From Dickeya solani IPO 2222 (lineage in GTDB: Bacteria; Pseudomonadota; Gammaproteobacteria; Enterobacterales; Enterobacteriaceae): a stretch of DNA of 32,000 nt. The notes under the pieces were generated by a model. It searched no databases. It was not told the origin of the DNA and was given only the letters and a program-made list of their open reading frames with translations. The translations under genes and the position numbers were made by a program. This document shows, one piece after another, positions 16,524 to 24,494 of the stretch (positions are counted from its first letter, which is position 1; the number at the start of each line of letters is the position of its first letter). The stretch spans positions 3,090,001 to 3,122,000 of the forward strand of contig NZ_CP015137.1 in NCBI RefSeq assembly GCF_001644705.1. Reading direction: 5' to 3'.

Positions 16524-17351
16524 CTATTTCTGGCTGACGGCGAAGCCGCGCAGCAAATAACGTTGAACAAAGCCCGCCACCAGCAGCACCGGCAGCGAAG
16601 ACAGCAGCCCGATGCCCATCAGTTCTCCCCAGTAGATCTGGTTTTCGGTCATGAAGTTGGCGATAAACAGCGGCAGCGTGAACTGCTGCGGGGTTTGCAG
16701 GAACAACAGGGCGAACAGAAATTCGTTCCACGCCATGATCAGGGTGAAGATCGCCGTGGCGACCAGACCGGGGGCGCACACCGGCAGCACGATGTAGCGC
16801 AGTCGTCGCCACAGCCCGGCGCCGTCCATCGCCGCGGCCTCTTCCAGCGACAGCGGCACGTCGCGGATAAAACTGAGCAGCATCCAGATGCAAAACGGCA
16901 GGGTATAGACCTGATAAGCCAGCATCAGCCCGGTCAGGCTGTTGAGCAGGTGCAGCGATTTGAGCAGCGAATAGAGTGGGATCGCCACTACCATTGGCGG
17001 CATCATCTTGATCAGCAGCACCAGCAGCAGGAACAGGCTGTCGAGCCGCGCCGGAAAACGGTGGCGCGCCAGCGTGTAGGCGGCCAGAAACCCGGTCAGC
17101 AGCGATAACGCCGTGGCGCCGGCGGCCACCCACAATGTATTAAACAGCCGTGCGCCGACGCCATTATTCAGCAGGCTTTTCAGGTGAGTGAGCGTCCACT
17201 GTTGCGGCCAGAACGGGCTGCTCAGGCTGGAGAATTCGGCGGTGGACTTAAACGCCGTCGCCACCATCCACAGGATCGGCAGGGTGAAAAACAGCAGCGC
17301 GACGGTCAGCGCCAGCGCACGCAGCGCCATCAGCCAGTAAGGGAGTCTCAT
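16524..17351 (-). CDS. Carbohydrate ABC transporter permease (MalG/UgpE-like)
   Basis: 275 aa, multi-TM, with the EAA loop EEAAAMDGAGLWRRLRYIVLP. The start overlaps the upstream stop in ATGA. Confidence 0.9.
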   Translation of the reverse strand: MRLPYWLMALRALALTVALLFFTLPILWMVATAFKSTAEFSSLSSPFWPQQWTLTHLKSLLNNGVGARLFNTLWVAAGATALSLLTGFLAAYTLARHRFPARLDSLFLLLVLLIKMMPPMVVAIPLYSLLKSLHLLNSLTGLMLAYQVYTLPFCIWMLLSFIRDVPLSLEEAAAMDGAGLWRRLRYIVLPVCAPGLVATAIFTLIMAWNEFLFALLFLQTPQQFTLPLFIANFMTENQIYWGELMGIGLLSSLPVLLVAGFVQRYLLRGFAVSQK

Positions 17352-18220
17352 GCAGTTTTCCCTCCGCGCATTAGCTGCCAGGCGTAGACCAGGCTCATGG
17401 CGGCGGCGAACAGCAGCATGATCACCGCGCCGGCGCTGGCAAGCCCCAGATTGAAGAACTTGAAACCCTGCTGATAGATGTAGAGCGACAGGGTTTCGGT
17501 GGCGTAACCGGGGCCGCCGCCGGTCAGGGCGTAGACTTTATCGAACAGCTTGAAGGTGTCGATGGAGCGCAGCAGCAGCGCCAGCATGATCGGTTGGCGG
17601 CTCAGCGGCAGCGTGACGTACCACAGCCGTTTCCAGCCGTTGGCGCCGTCGCTCTGCGCGGCTTCCAGCACGTCTTTGGGAATCGCCTGCAACCCGGCGA
17701 GGATTACCAGGCAGGCCATCGGCGTCCACTGCCAGATGTCCACCAGCATCAGCGACCACAAAGCCAGATGCGGGCTGGACAGCCACGGCTGCGGCATCAG
17801 CCCCAGCGCGGTCAGGCAATTGTTGAGCAGACCAAAATCGTAATGAAACCAGACGCGCCAGATGGCCGAGCACACCAGCGTGGAGATCATCATCGGGTAG
17901 ATGAGCAGGCTTAGCACCCACTGGCGGCCGGGAAAATGGCGATACAGCAACAACGCCAGCGCCAGCCCCAGCAGCACCTGCAACAGCGAACTGCCGAACG
18001 AGAACAGCAGGGTGTTTTTCAGGCTGGTTGTGAAGAACCAGTCGGCGAACAGCTGGCGGTAGTTTTCCAGCCCAACCCAACTGCGGCTGGCTGCGGCGTA
18101 ATCCACCTTGCTGAAGGAGTAGAGCAGCATCTGGCCGATGGGATAGAGCGTCAGCAGCAGAAGCAGCGCGGCGGCGGGCATCAGCAGCAGCCAGCGTTGC
18201 CAGCGGGGATCAAAATGCAT
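17348..18220 (-). CDS. Carbohydrate ABC transporter permease (MalF/UgpA-like)
   Basis: 290 aa, multi-TM, with the EAA loop LEAAQSDGANGWKRLWYVTLP. Confidence 0.9.
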   Translation of the reverse strand: MHFDPRWQRWLLLMPAAALLLLLTLYPIGQMLLYSFSKVDYAAASRSWVGLENYRQLFADWFFTTSLKNTLLFSFGSSLLQVLLGLALALLLYRHFPGRQWVLSLLIYPMMISTLVCSAIWRVWFHYDFGLLNNCLTALGLMPQPWLSSPHLALWSLMLVDIWQWTPMACLVILAGLQAIPKDVLEAAQSDGANGWKRLWYVTLPLSRQPIMLALLLRSIDTFKLFDKVYALTGGGPGYATETLSLYIYQQGFKFFNLGLASAGAVIMLLFAAAMSLVYAWQLMRGGKTA

Positions 18221-18236
18221 GGGATGTCCTTGAATG

Positions 18237-18254
18237 GGCGGGCCGCAGCCCGCC
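18237..18254 (-). other. Intercistronic GC hairpin between the binding-protein and permease genes
   Basis: GGCGGGC-cgca-GCCCGCC is a 7-bp stem in the 73-nt gap. Its position is analogous to the stabilising hairpins between malE and malF type genes. Confidence 0.5.
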
Positions 18255-18272
18255 TGACAGCGATTATTCCAC

Positions 18273-18302
18273 TACCTGTTATTTCAGTACCTGTTATTTC
18301 AG
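18273..18302. repeat. 15-bp tandem duplication spanning the stop codon of the binding-protein gene
   Basis: TACCTGTTATTTCAG occurs twice back to back (18273-18287 and 18288-18302). The second copy contains the TAA stop (18294-18296 on the minus strand). Confidence 0.85.
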
Positions 18303-19604
18303 TACTTGCGCGATCTTCTGATTGGCCTGCTGCAACGCTACCTGCGCCGGCATCTGATCCATCAGCGCCAGTTGCAGGTAGTCGCCGAGGATGCTTTCCA
18401 CTTCCTGCCAGTTACGGATGCGCGGACGCGCTTTGCCTGCTTCCAGCGCCGCCAACTGTGCCGGATACCAGCGGTATTTCTGCACCACCTGCGCATCCTG
18501 ATAGACACTGCGGCGGGTCGGCGGCAGCCCCAGTTCCAGCGCCAGCGCTTTCTGGTTTTCCGCGCTGGTGAGGTAACTCAGGAATTGCTGCGCCAGTTCG
18601 CTGTGCTGACTGCTTTTGGCGATCGCCATCTGCCAGATACCGAGCATCGGCGACGGACCGGCGTTCTGCCCCGGCGCCGGTTGCAGCGTCATGTTGCCGA
18701 CCACTTTGGATTTAGTTGCATCGTCCAGCGTCGACGCCCAGGCCGGCCACACTTCGATCGCCATCGCCGCTTTGCCCTGTTCCATTGCCTGACGTACGTC
18801 AGCGGCGTTGTACACCTCGACCCCGGTGGGGGCGAATGCCTTCAGCGCCTTCAGGGTATTGAGCGCCTGCAGCGCCTGCGGGGAATCCAGCGACGCTTTG
18901 CCATTGGTGATGACATTACCGCCGTAGGCCCACAGCATCGGCATAAAGCCGGAAACGATCGGGTTGCCTTTCATGCCGCGGAACACCACGCCGGAGACGC
19001 CCGGTTCCTGCTGTTGCAGGGTTTTGGCGTCGCTCAGCACCGCGTCCCAGTTGGCGGGCGCCTTGAGCTGGTGTTTGTCGAACAGATCCTGACGGTAGGC
19101 GAACATCGCCACGTTGCCGACCACCGGCAGGCTATACGCCGGGCCGCTGTTTTCCGGTACGCGTGAGACGTTCAGCACCGCTGGAATGAAGTCGCTGCTT
19201 TGCAGGTTTTCCGGCAGTGGTTGCAGCCAGCCGTTACCGGCGAATTCCGGGCTCCAGCTGTCGTCCATCAACATCAGATCGTAGGCAGAGGCGTTTTCCC
19301 GCAGGGAAATCACCAATTTTTCATACAGGTTGGCGTAAGGCAGTTTCAGCAGTTCGATCTGCTTGCCGGGATGCTGTTGCTGGAAACGGGCCAGCGTGCT
19401 GTCGAGCGCCTTGCCGTAAACGTCATCGCGCCCGGCGATGACCAGGTCGGCGGCCTGCGCCGTCATGCCGCATGCCAGACCGATGGCGAGCAGCAGGCGG
19501 GAAAGGGTTTTTGTGCTGTGCGGTTTTGTTGTCAGCGTGGTGTTGCCAGGCTTGTTTTTACCAAACATCTTGTTTTTAACAAACATGTCGTTGTTGCCAA
19601 ACAT
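18294..19604 (-). CDS. Extracellular solute-binding protein (family 1) of the CUT1 ABC transporter
   Basis: 436 aa, with a signal-like segment (LSRLLLAIGLACGMTAQA|AD) after an unusually long N-region. Three in-frame ATGs (19604, 19586, 19568) make the start ambiguous. The outermost ATG has AAGG upstream. Confidence 0.88.
   Translation of the reverse strand: MFGNNDMFVKNKMFGKNKPGNTTLTTKPHSTKTLSRLLLAIGLACGMTAQAADLVIAGRDDVYGKALDSTLARFQQQHPGKQIELLKLPYANLYEKLVISLRENASAYDLMLMDDSWSPEFAGNGWLQPLPENLQSSDFIPAVLNVSRVPENSGPAYSLPVVGNVAMFAYRQDLFDKHQLKAPANWDAVLSDAKTLQQQEPGVSGVVFRGMKGNPIVSGFMPMLWAYGGNVITNGKASLDSPQALQALNTLKALKAFAPTGVEVYNAADVRQAMEQGKAAMAIEVWPAWASTLDDATKSKVVGNMTLQPAPGQNAGPSPMLGIWQMAIAKSSQHSELAQQFLSYLTSAENQKALALELGLPPTRRSVYQDAQVVQKYRWYPAQLAALEAGKARPRIRNWQEVESILGDYLQLALMDQMPAQVALQQANQKIAQVLK
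19551..19604 (-). repeat. 18-bp tandem repeat (3 copies) at the 5' end of the binding-protein CDS
   Basis: The minus strand reads ATGTTTGGCAACAACGAC, ATGTTTGTTAAAAACAAG, ATGTTTGGTAAAAACAAG, encoding MFGNND-MFVKNK-MFGKNK. Each unit begins with an in-frame ATG. Confidence 0.85.
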
Positions 19605-19625
19605 AGTGAGCGCCTTTTGTCAGGA

Positions 19626-19641
19626 GTGCATACGTTTGCAC
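19626..19641. promoter_or_regulatory. LacI-family operator palindrome upstream of the ABC operon
   Basis: GTGCATAC|GTTTGCAC is a 16-bp palindrome with 7 of 8 positions symmetric per half-site. It has the central CG typical of LacI/GalR/PurR-type operators and lies 22 nt upstream of the first ATG (19604). Confidence 0.7.
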
Positions 19642-19758
19642 AGGCGCTATCTTTGGCGACATGAATGACAGAAACATGAATGCAGGATGAACAATCCGAG
19701 ATGCTGGGGTGAGGTGAGGGGTGAGGCGGAAGCCGGATTCCGGCTTCCCTAAAAGCGG

Positions 19759-20952
19759 TCAGCCTTTTTTCGGCATGCGGGCGAAGCTCACCATCAACTG
19801 GACGCCGTTAATCAGCACCAGCAGCGCGGTGACCAAAAACACCCAGCGGTAGCCCAGTGTGGCGGAAACGGTAGAGCCGAGCAGCGGCCCGACCACGTTG
19901 CCGAGATACATGCAGGACTGGTTATACCCGAAGATACGGCCGGTCACTTGCTGGCTGCTGTATTTCACCAGCAGCGCCTGCACCGCCGGCATCAGTGCGC
20001 CGTCGGCGAAACCCAGCGCGAAGCGCAGGATGCCGAGCTGGACCGAGCTTTGCACCGCCGACATCAGGAAAAACAGCAATGCGCACAGAAACAGCGCCAC
20101 GATCAGCACCCGCTGAGAACCGATGCGATCTCCCAGCCGGCCGAGGCGCGGCGCAGACAACAGCGCGGACATTCCCGGCACGGCGGCGATAACGCCGCTG
20201 ACAAACGCAATGTTATCAATGTTGGGAGAAAGGTCGCGGATAAACAGCGTCAGGATCGGGCTGATGGAACCGTTCGCCATCTGAATCATCATGGTGGTGA
20301 AGCACAGGCTGACAATCAGCAGTGGATAAGGCAGCGAGGCGAACACCGCCCGGCCGCTGAGCTGCGCTTTTTTGCTGATGGTAACGGCGTTTTCACGAAC
20401 GGCGAACAGCGTAATGAGAAAACAGATAAACAGCATGGCGGAGGTGACGAAAAATACCATGCGCAGACCGATGGTATCGGCCATAAAGCCGCCGAGCAGC
20501 GGACCGATCAACACCCCCGCCACCTGCCCGGTGGACAAGGTGCCGAGCGCCCAACCGCTGCGGTTGCGCGGCACTTGCGAGGCAATCAGCGCCATCGCGT
20601 TGGGAATGTAGCCGGAGGTCAGCCCCATCAGCGCGCGCAGGATAAACAGCTGCCAGACGTTGGTGGCCATACCCTGCAGACCCATGACGATAGACATACC
20701 GAGCGCGGCGCGCAACAGCATCAGCTTGCGGCCTTTACGGTCGGCCAGGCTGCCCCACAGCGGCGCGACAATCGCCGAAATCAGAAACGAGGAGCTGAAC
20801 ACCAGCCCGGACCATAGATTGAGCGCGGTATGATCGCTAACGCCCAGATGTTCGATGTAGAGCGGCAGGAACGGCAGTATCTGACTCATGGCCATGCCGG
20901 TAAAAAAGCATCCCAGCCAGGCGGAGAAAAGGTTGAGTTTCCAGGTTTCCAT
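19759..20952 (-). CDS. mdtG: MFS multidrug efflux transporter MdtG (YceE)
   Basis: 397 aa, colinear with my recollection of E. coli MdtG ([55 protein letters not shown]). Confidence 0.9.
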   Translation of the reverse strand: METWKLNLFSAWLGCFFTGMAMSQILPFLPLYIEHLGVSDHTALNLWSGLVFSSSFLISAIVAPLWGSLADRKGRKLMLLRAALGMSIVMGLQGMATNVWQLFILRALMGLTSGYIPNAMALIASQVPRNRSGWALGTLSTGQVAGVLIGPLLGGFMADTIGLRMVFFVTSAMLFICFLITLFAVRENAVTISKKAQLSGRAVFASLPYPLLIVSLCFTTMMIQMANGSISPILTLFIRDLSPNIDNIAFVSGVIAAVPGMSALLSAPRLGRLGDRIGSQRVLIVALFLCALLFFLMSAVQSSVQLGILRFALGFADGALMPAVQALLVKYSSQQVTGRIFGYNQSCMYLGNVVGPLLGSTVSATLGYRWVFLVTALLVLINGVQLMVSFARMPKKG

Positions 20953-21198
20953 AGGGCAGGTTTTTACGTCGTCAGTGAAAGGCCGGGTCGCTCCCGCGCC
21001 AGTGCCACGCTGAATTACGCGACACGGCTAGTATGGCCGCTTTTGTCTTAGCCGTGAAATAATTTTATATATCAAAGAATAATCCAACCCCGGTGATTGA
21101 TGGGTTTTTGGTTGCAAGGAGGCCCTGTTGATTCAGTCAATTGAAAATGGCCTTTGGCCTGACAATACTGAAAAACCAAAACGTCATTCTGATTTTTT

Positions 21199-21214
21199 TG
21201 TGATTTGAATCACA
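21199..21214. promoter_or_regulatory. CRP binding site (perfect consensus half-sites)
   Basis: TGTGA-tttgaa-TCACA matches the CRP consensus TGTGA-N6-TCACA exactly in both arms. It lies just upstream of the azuC promoter-like hexamers. Confidence 0.7.
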
Positions 21215-21220
21215 AAAGCA

Positions 21221-21248
21221 TTGCATCCGAATTCAACAAAACGTACAA
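21221..21248 (+). promoter_or_regulatory. Sigma-70-like promoter for azuC
   Basis: TTGCAT (21221-21226), a 16-bp spacer, then TACAAT (21243-21248). This predicts a 5' UTR of roughly 40 nt before the GTG at 21297. Confidence 0.45.
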
Positions 21249-21296
21249 TATTTTACCAGATAGTTCACAAATCATTCATTAGTCAAGGTGATCGAC

Positions 21297-21374
21297 GTGC
21301 GTAAATTCCTGAAAAAACTTCTGGTCGCTTACATCAATGCTTACAAAGACATCCCGCCGGGTGCCATGCATTAA
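21297..21374 (+). CDS. azuC: Small protein AzuC (25 aa), absent from the ORF track
   Basis: AAGGTGA SD, a 5-nt spacer, then GTG. The translation is MRKFLKKLLVAYINAYKDIPPGAMH. The C-terminal KDIPPGAMH resembles E. coli AzuC (...TFKDVPPGNMFR, from memory), and the N-terminal half is amphipathic and basic. A strong terminator follows. Confidence 0.7.
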   Translation: MRKFLKKLLVAYINAYKDIPPGAMH

Positions 21375-21403
21375 TTGCCCTGAGCAGACCAAAATTAAAT
21401 AAG

Positions 21404-21430
21404 AAGGCCGCTATGACAGCGGCCTTTTTC
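21404..21430 (+). terminator. Rho-independent terminator of azuC
   Basis: AAGGCCGCT-atgac-AGCGGCCTT is a perfect 9-bp stem followed by TTTTT. Confidence 0.85.
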
Positions 21431-21474
21431 ATGTCTTCGCTTTTTGTTGCGTCGGTTTTATTTCAACTCATTTG

Positions 21475-21515
21475 TGTTAACGATTCGTCTTGTTAACGAC
21501 CCATGATGTTAACGA
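21475..21515. repeat. Three direct copies of TGTTAACGA with an exact 16-bp period, at and beyond the dmlA stop codon
   Basis: Copies lie at 21475-21483, 21491-21499 and 21507-21515. The last contains the dmlA TAA (21509-21511 on the minus strand). The minus strand therefore reads ...AGTCGTTAACA..GGTCGTTAACA..AATCGTTAACA. Confidence 0.8.
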
Positions 21516-22594
21516 CTCAGCGCCTGCATAATCGCCTCACCCAGCGCGGCCGTATTGCCGCTGCCGCCGAGGTCCCGCGTCAGCGGCGCATTTCCCGGTC
21601 CTTGTTCCAGCACCCGTTCAATAGCGCTTAGCACCGCCGCGCCGGCGGCGTCGTGGCCGAGGTGTTCCAGCATCATCGCCCCACACCAGATTTGGCCGAT
21701 CGGGTTGGCGATGCCTTTGCCGGCGATATCCGGCGCTGAGCCGTGCACCGGTTCGAACAGGCTGGGGAAGGTGCGATCCGGATTGATGTTGGCCGACGGC
21801 GCGATGCCGATGGTGCCGGTGCAGGCCGGGCCGAGGTCGGACAGAATATCGCCGAACAGGTTACTGGCGACCACCACGTCAAACCAGTCCGGGTGCAGCA
21901 CGAAGTTGGCGGTGAGAATATCGATGTGATATTTGTCCACCTTGACTTCCGGGTAGCGGGTGCTCATTTCGGCGACGCGGCTGTCCCAGTACGGCATGGT
22001 GATGGCGATACCGTTGGATTTAGTGGCTGACGTCAGATGTTTTTTCGGGCGTTTCATCGCCAGCTCGTAGGCGAATTTAAGGATGCGATCGACGCCGACG
22101 CGGGTCATCACCGTTTCCTGAATCACCACTTCGCGCTCAGTGCCGGCAAACATCGTGCCGCCGACGCTGGAATACTCGCCTTCGGTGTTTTCGCGCACGA
22201 TGTAGAAGTCGATATCACCGGGTTGACGCCCGGCCAGCGGCGCTTTCACGCCCGGCATCAGGCGGCAGGGGCGCAGGTTGACGTACTGGTCGAATTCACG
22301 GCGGAACAGCAGCAGCGATTGCCACAGCGACACGTGATCCGGCACCACCTCCGGCCAGCCCACCGCGCCGAAATAGATGGCGTCGAAGTCCTTGAGCTGC
22401 GCGAACCAGTTGTCCGGCATCATCTTGCCGTGCCGGAGGTAGTAATCGGCGCTGGCGAAATCAAACCATTCCCACTCCAGCTGGATATCAAACAGTTCGG
22501 CGGCGCGGGCGATCACCCGTACCCCTTCCGGCATCACTTCCTTGCCGATGCCGTCGCCGGGAATGACGGCAATGCGGTAACGTGGTTGAGACAT
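21509..22594 (-). CDS. dmlA: D-malate / tartrate dehydrogenase (decarboxylating), isocitrate/isopropylmalate dehydrogenase family
   Basis: The ORF is trimmed to the ATG at 22594 (MSQPRYRIAVIPGDGIGKEV), with AGGAG 6 nt upstream, giving 361 aa. It is colinear with E. coli DmlA/YeaU (FDAIYFGAVGWP, REFDQYVNLRP, DFY.VRENTEGEYS, ASNLFGDILSDLGPACTGTIGIAPSAN). Confidence 0.9.
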   Translation of the reverse strand: MSQPRYRIAVIPGDGIGKEVMPEGVRVIARAAELFDIQLEWEWFDFASADYYLRHGKMMPDNWFAQLKDFDAIYFGAVGWPEVVPDHVSLWQSLLLFRREFDQYVNLRPCRLMPGVKAPLAGRQPGDIDFYIVRENTEGEYSSVGGTMFAGTEREVVIQETVMTRVGVDRILKFAYELAMKRPKKHLTSATKSNGIAITMPYWDSRVAEMSTRYPEVKVDKYHIDILTANFVLHPDWFDVVVASNLFGDILSDLGPACTGTIGIAPSANINPDRTFPSLFEPVHGSAPDIAGKGIANPIGQIWCGAMMLEHLGHDAAGAAVLSAIERVLEQGPGNAPLTRDLGGSGNTAALGEAIMQALSR

Positions 22595-22715
22595 GGCAAC
22601 TCCTGAACGGTTTTTCTGATCGATTGCACTTGGGTAACAGAGAGTGTATTTACTCTGTTCGATGTAAACAATTTCGCTTCCGGTAAAGGCATTGTTGAAT
22701 AAAAGAGAAGAATAA

Positions 22716-23672
22716 ATGAGTGCAATCGACGATTTGCTGTTCTTCAGCCGCATCGCCGCGCTCGGCAGCCTGACGGCGGTGGCGCGCGAAAGCGGGTTAT
22801 CGCTGCCGGCCGTCAGCAAACGGTTGACGCAACTGGAGCAACGGCTGGGGGTACAGCTGATCAGGCGTACCACCCGACGGCTGGATTTAACGCCGGAGGG
22901 GCAATTGTACGCCGAAGGTACGTTGCCGATTCTGCATGAAATCGAGGAACTGGAAAGCCAGGTACGCCGTAACCAGCTAACGCTGCGCGGACGGCTGACC
23001 GTCAATGCGTCGTTCGGTTTCGGCCGTCGCCATATTGCGCCGCTGATTTCCGCCTTCGCCCGTCAGCACGGCGAGCTGGAAGTGCAGCTGCAGCTCACCA
23101 GTCAGCCGCTCAACATGCTGGACGCCGGCGTGGATATCGATATCCGCTTCGGCGCGCCGCCGGACTCCCGGCTGGTGGCGCATCGGTTGATGGACAATCC
23201 GCGGGTGCTGTGCGCCGCACCGGCGTATCTGTCGCGCAGCGGCACGCCGCAGACGGTGGCGGATCTGGCTGGGCACAACTGTCTGGTGTTGCGTCAGTAC
23301 GAGAGCGACTACGGCTTATGGCGTTTTTACCGTGACGGCCGCGAGTTTACCCATCGCGCTTTCGGCAATCTTTCCGCCAACGACGGCGAGGTGATCATGC
23401 GCTATGCGTTGGACGGGCACGGCATCATCTTGCGCTCGCTGTGGGATGTGCGTCCCTGGCTGGCCAGCGGCGAACTGGTGGCGTTGTTGCCGGACTACAT
23501 CATGCCGGAAGCGGACATTTACGCGGTCTATCAGCAGCGTCGACATGTGCCGGCGCGCATTTCCGCGTTTATCGCCTGGCTGAAACAACAGTTGCCGCAG
23601 GGGGAAGAATACCGACAGCGCCTCCCCGGCGGGGAGGCGCAGAGAATTACTGGCGCACCAAACGACCGGTAG
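22716..23672 (+). CDS. LysR-family regulator divergent from dmlA (DmlR-like by synteny)
   Basis: w[38 protein letters not shown] followed by a LysR effector domain. It shares a 121-bp region with dmlA, as dmlR and dmlA do in E. coli. The C-terminal tail runs 26 nt into the 3' end of queF. Confidence 0.8.
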   Translation: MSAIDDLLFFSRIAALGSLTAVARESGLSLPAVSKRLTQLEQRLGVQLIRRTTRRLDLTPEGQLYAEGTLPILHEIEELESQVRRNQLTLRGRLTVNASFGFGRRHIAPLISAFARQHGELEVQLQLTSQPLNMLDAGVDIDIRFGAPPDSRLVAHRLMDNPRVLCAAPAYLSRSGTPQTVADLAGHNCLVLRQYESDYGLWRFYRDGREFTHRAFGNLSANDGEVIMRYALDGHGIILRSLWDVRPWLASGELVALLPDYIMPEADIYAVYQQRRHVPARISAFIAWLKQQLPQGEEYRQRLPGGEAQRITGAPNDR

Positions 23673-24489
23673 CGGCTTCGGTTTCGAAATCGCTGCGGAA
23701 CGGGTTGATGTCCAGACCGCCGCGACGGGTATAGCGGGCGAATACGGTCAGTTTTTCCGGCTGGCAGTAGCGCTTGAGGTCATTGAAGATGCGCTCGACG
23801 CACTGCTCGTGGAATTCGTTGTGCTGGCGGAACGAAATCAGGTAACGCAGCAGCGCTTCCCGGTCGATTTGCCGGCCTTCGTACTTGATAACCACGCTGC
23901 CCCAGTCCGGCTGGTAGGTGACCAGACAGTTGGATTTCAGCAGGTTGGAGCACAGGGTTTCCGCAACCACCGGCGCCTTGTCGCGCACCGCGTGCTGCAG
24001 ATAATCCGGGTTGAAGCCGTAATCGTTCACTTCGATGTCCAGCTCGTCAATGTTGATGCCGGGCAGGGTATCGATCTGCGCCGGATAGCCTGTCAGGCCC
24101 GGAAACAGCGTGACCTTGACGTCGCCGTTGGCGGCGGCGGACAGATCCTTGATCAAGGTGGCGTGCACTTCGCCGATGTCGCGAAAGCGGGTCTGGTTGA
24201 AGCTGTTAAGGTACAGCTTGAACGATTTGGACTCGATCAGGTTTTCCGAACTGGCCGGGATGATGAATTCGGCGATGCCTACCAGCGGCTTTCCCTTGTG
24301 ATTGAGCCACGACAGCTCGAAGGCGGTCCACAGATCGTAGCCGTCAAACGGCAGGTCCGGCCCGGTCAGGCCGACCAGATCGCGCCCACGGGCGCGCGGC
24401 AGCGCTTCCAGCAGCGTCGGGTCGTATTTGTCCGGGTAGCTGGAGCGCACCCCCAGATGGGTAATGCTATCGTTTTCTGTAATATGCAT
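23647..24489 (-). CDS. queF: NADPH-dependent 7-cyano-7-deazaguanine (preQ0) reductase, bimodular type
   Basis: 280 aa, colinear with E. coli QueF ([36 protein letters not shown] with the catalytic Cys, [31 protein letters not shown]). Confidence 0.95.
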   Translation of the reverse strand: MHITENDSITHLGVRSSYPDKYDPTLLEALPRARGRDLVGLTGPDLPFDGYDLWTAFELSWLNHKGKPLVGIAEFIIPASSENLIESKSFKLYLNSFNQTRFRDIGEVHATLIKDLSAAANGDVKVTLFPGLTGYPAQIDTLPGINIDELDIEVNDYGFNPDYLQHAVRDKAPVVAETLCSNLLKSNCLVTYQPDWGSVVIKYEGRQIDREALLRYLISFRQHNEFHEQCVERIFNDLKRYCQPEKLTVFARYTRRGGLDINPFRSDFETEAATGRLVRQ

Positions 24490-24494
24490 ATCGC

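Larger units (their letters stand above)
21255..21430 (+). ncRNA. AzuCR-like dual-function small RNA/mRNA; boundaries are predicted, not measured
   Basis: The predicted TSS after the -10 hexamer and the intrinsic terminator ending at 21430 give a transcript of roughly 175 nt that carries the 25-codon azuC ORF. That size is close to the E. coli AzuCR RNA as I remember it. Confidence 0.45.

Noticed and set aside
15426-19604. Identity with the oligogalacturonide transporter togMNAB or with ugpBAEC.
   Set aside because: The gene order (binding protein first, ATPase last) differs from togMNAB. The resemblance to ugp is architectural only, and the following gene is an MBL hydrolase rather than a GDPD-type UgpQ, so I assign no symbol.
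19728-19748. Hairpin GGAAGCCG-gattc-CGGCTTCC downstream of mdtG as a rho-independent terminator, together with the adjacent GTGAGG x3 motif (19707-19727).
   Set aside because: The stem is good, but no T tract follows on the mdtG strand (GCCTCACCCC). It may be a REP-like or rho-dependent element, which is not enough for a terminator call.
21475-21515. ArcA binding array suggested by three TGTTAA direct repeats.
   Set aside because: ArcA direct repeats are spaced about 11 bp (or 22 bp) centre to centre. Here the period is exactly 16 bp, and the array lies at the 3' end of a gene rather than in a promoter.
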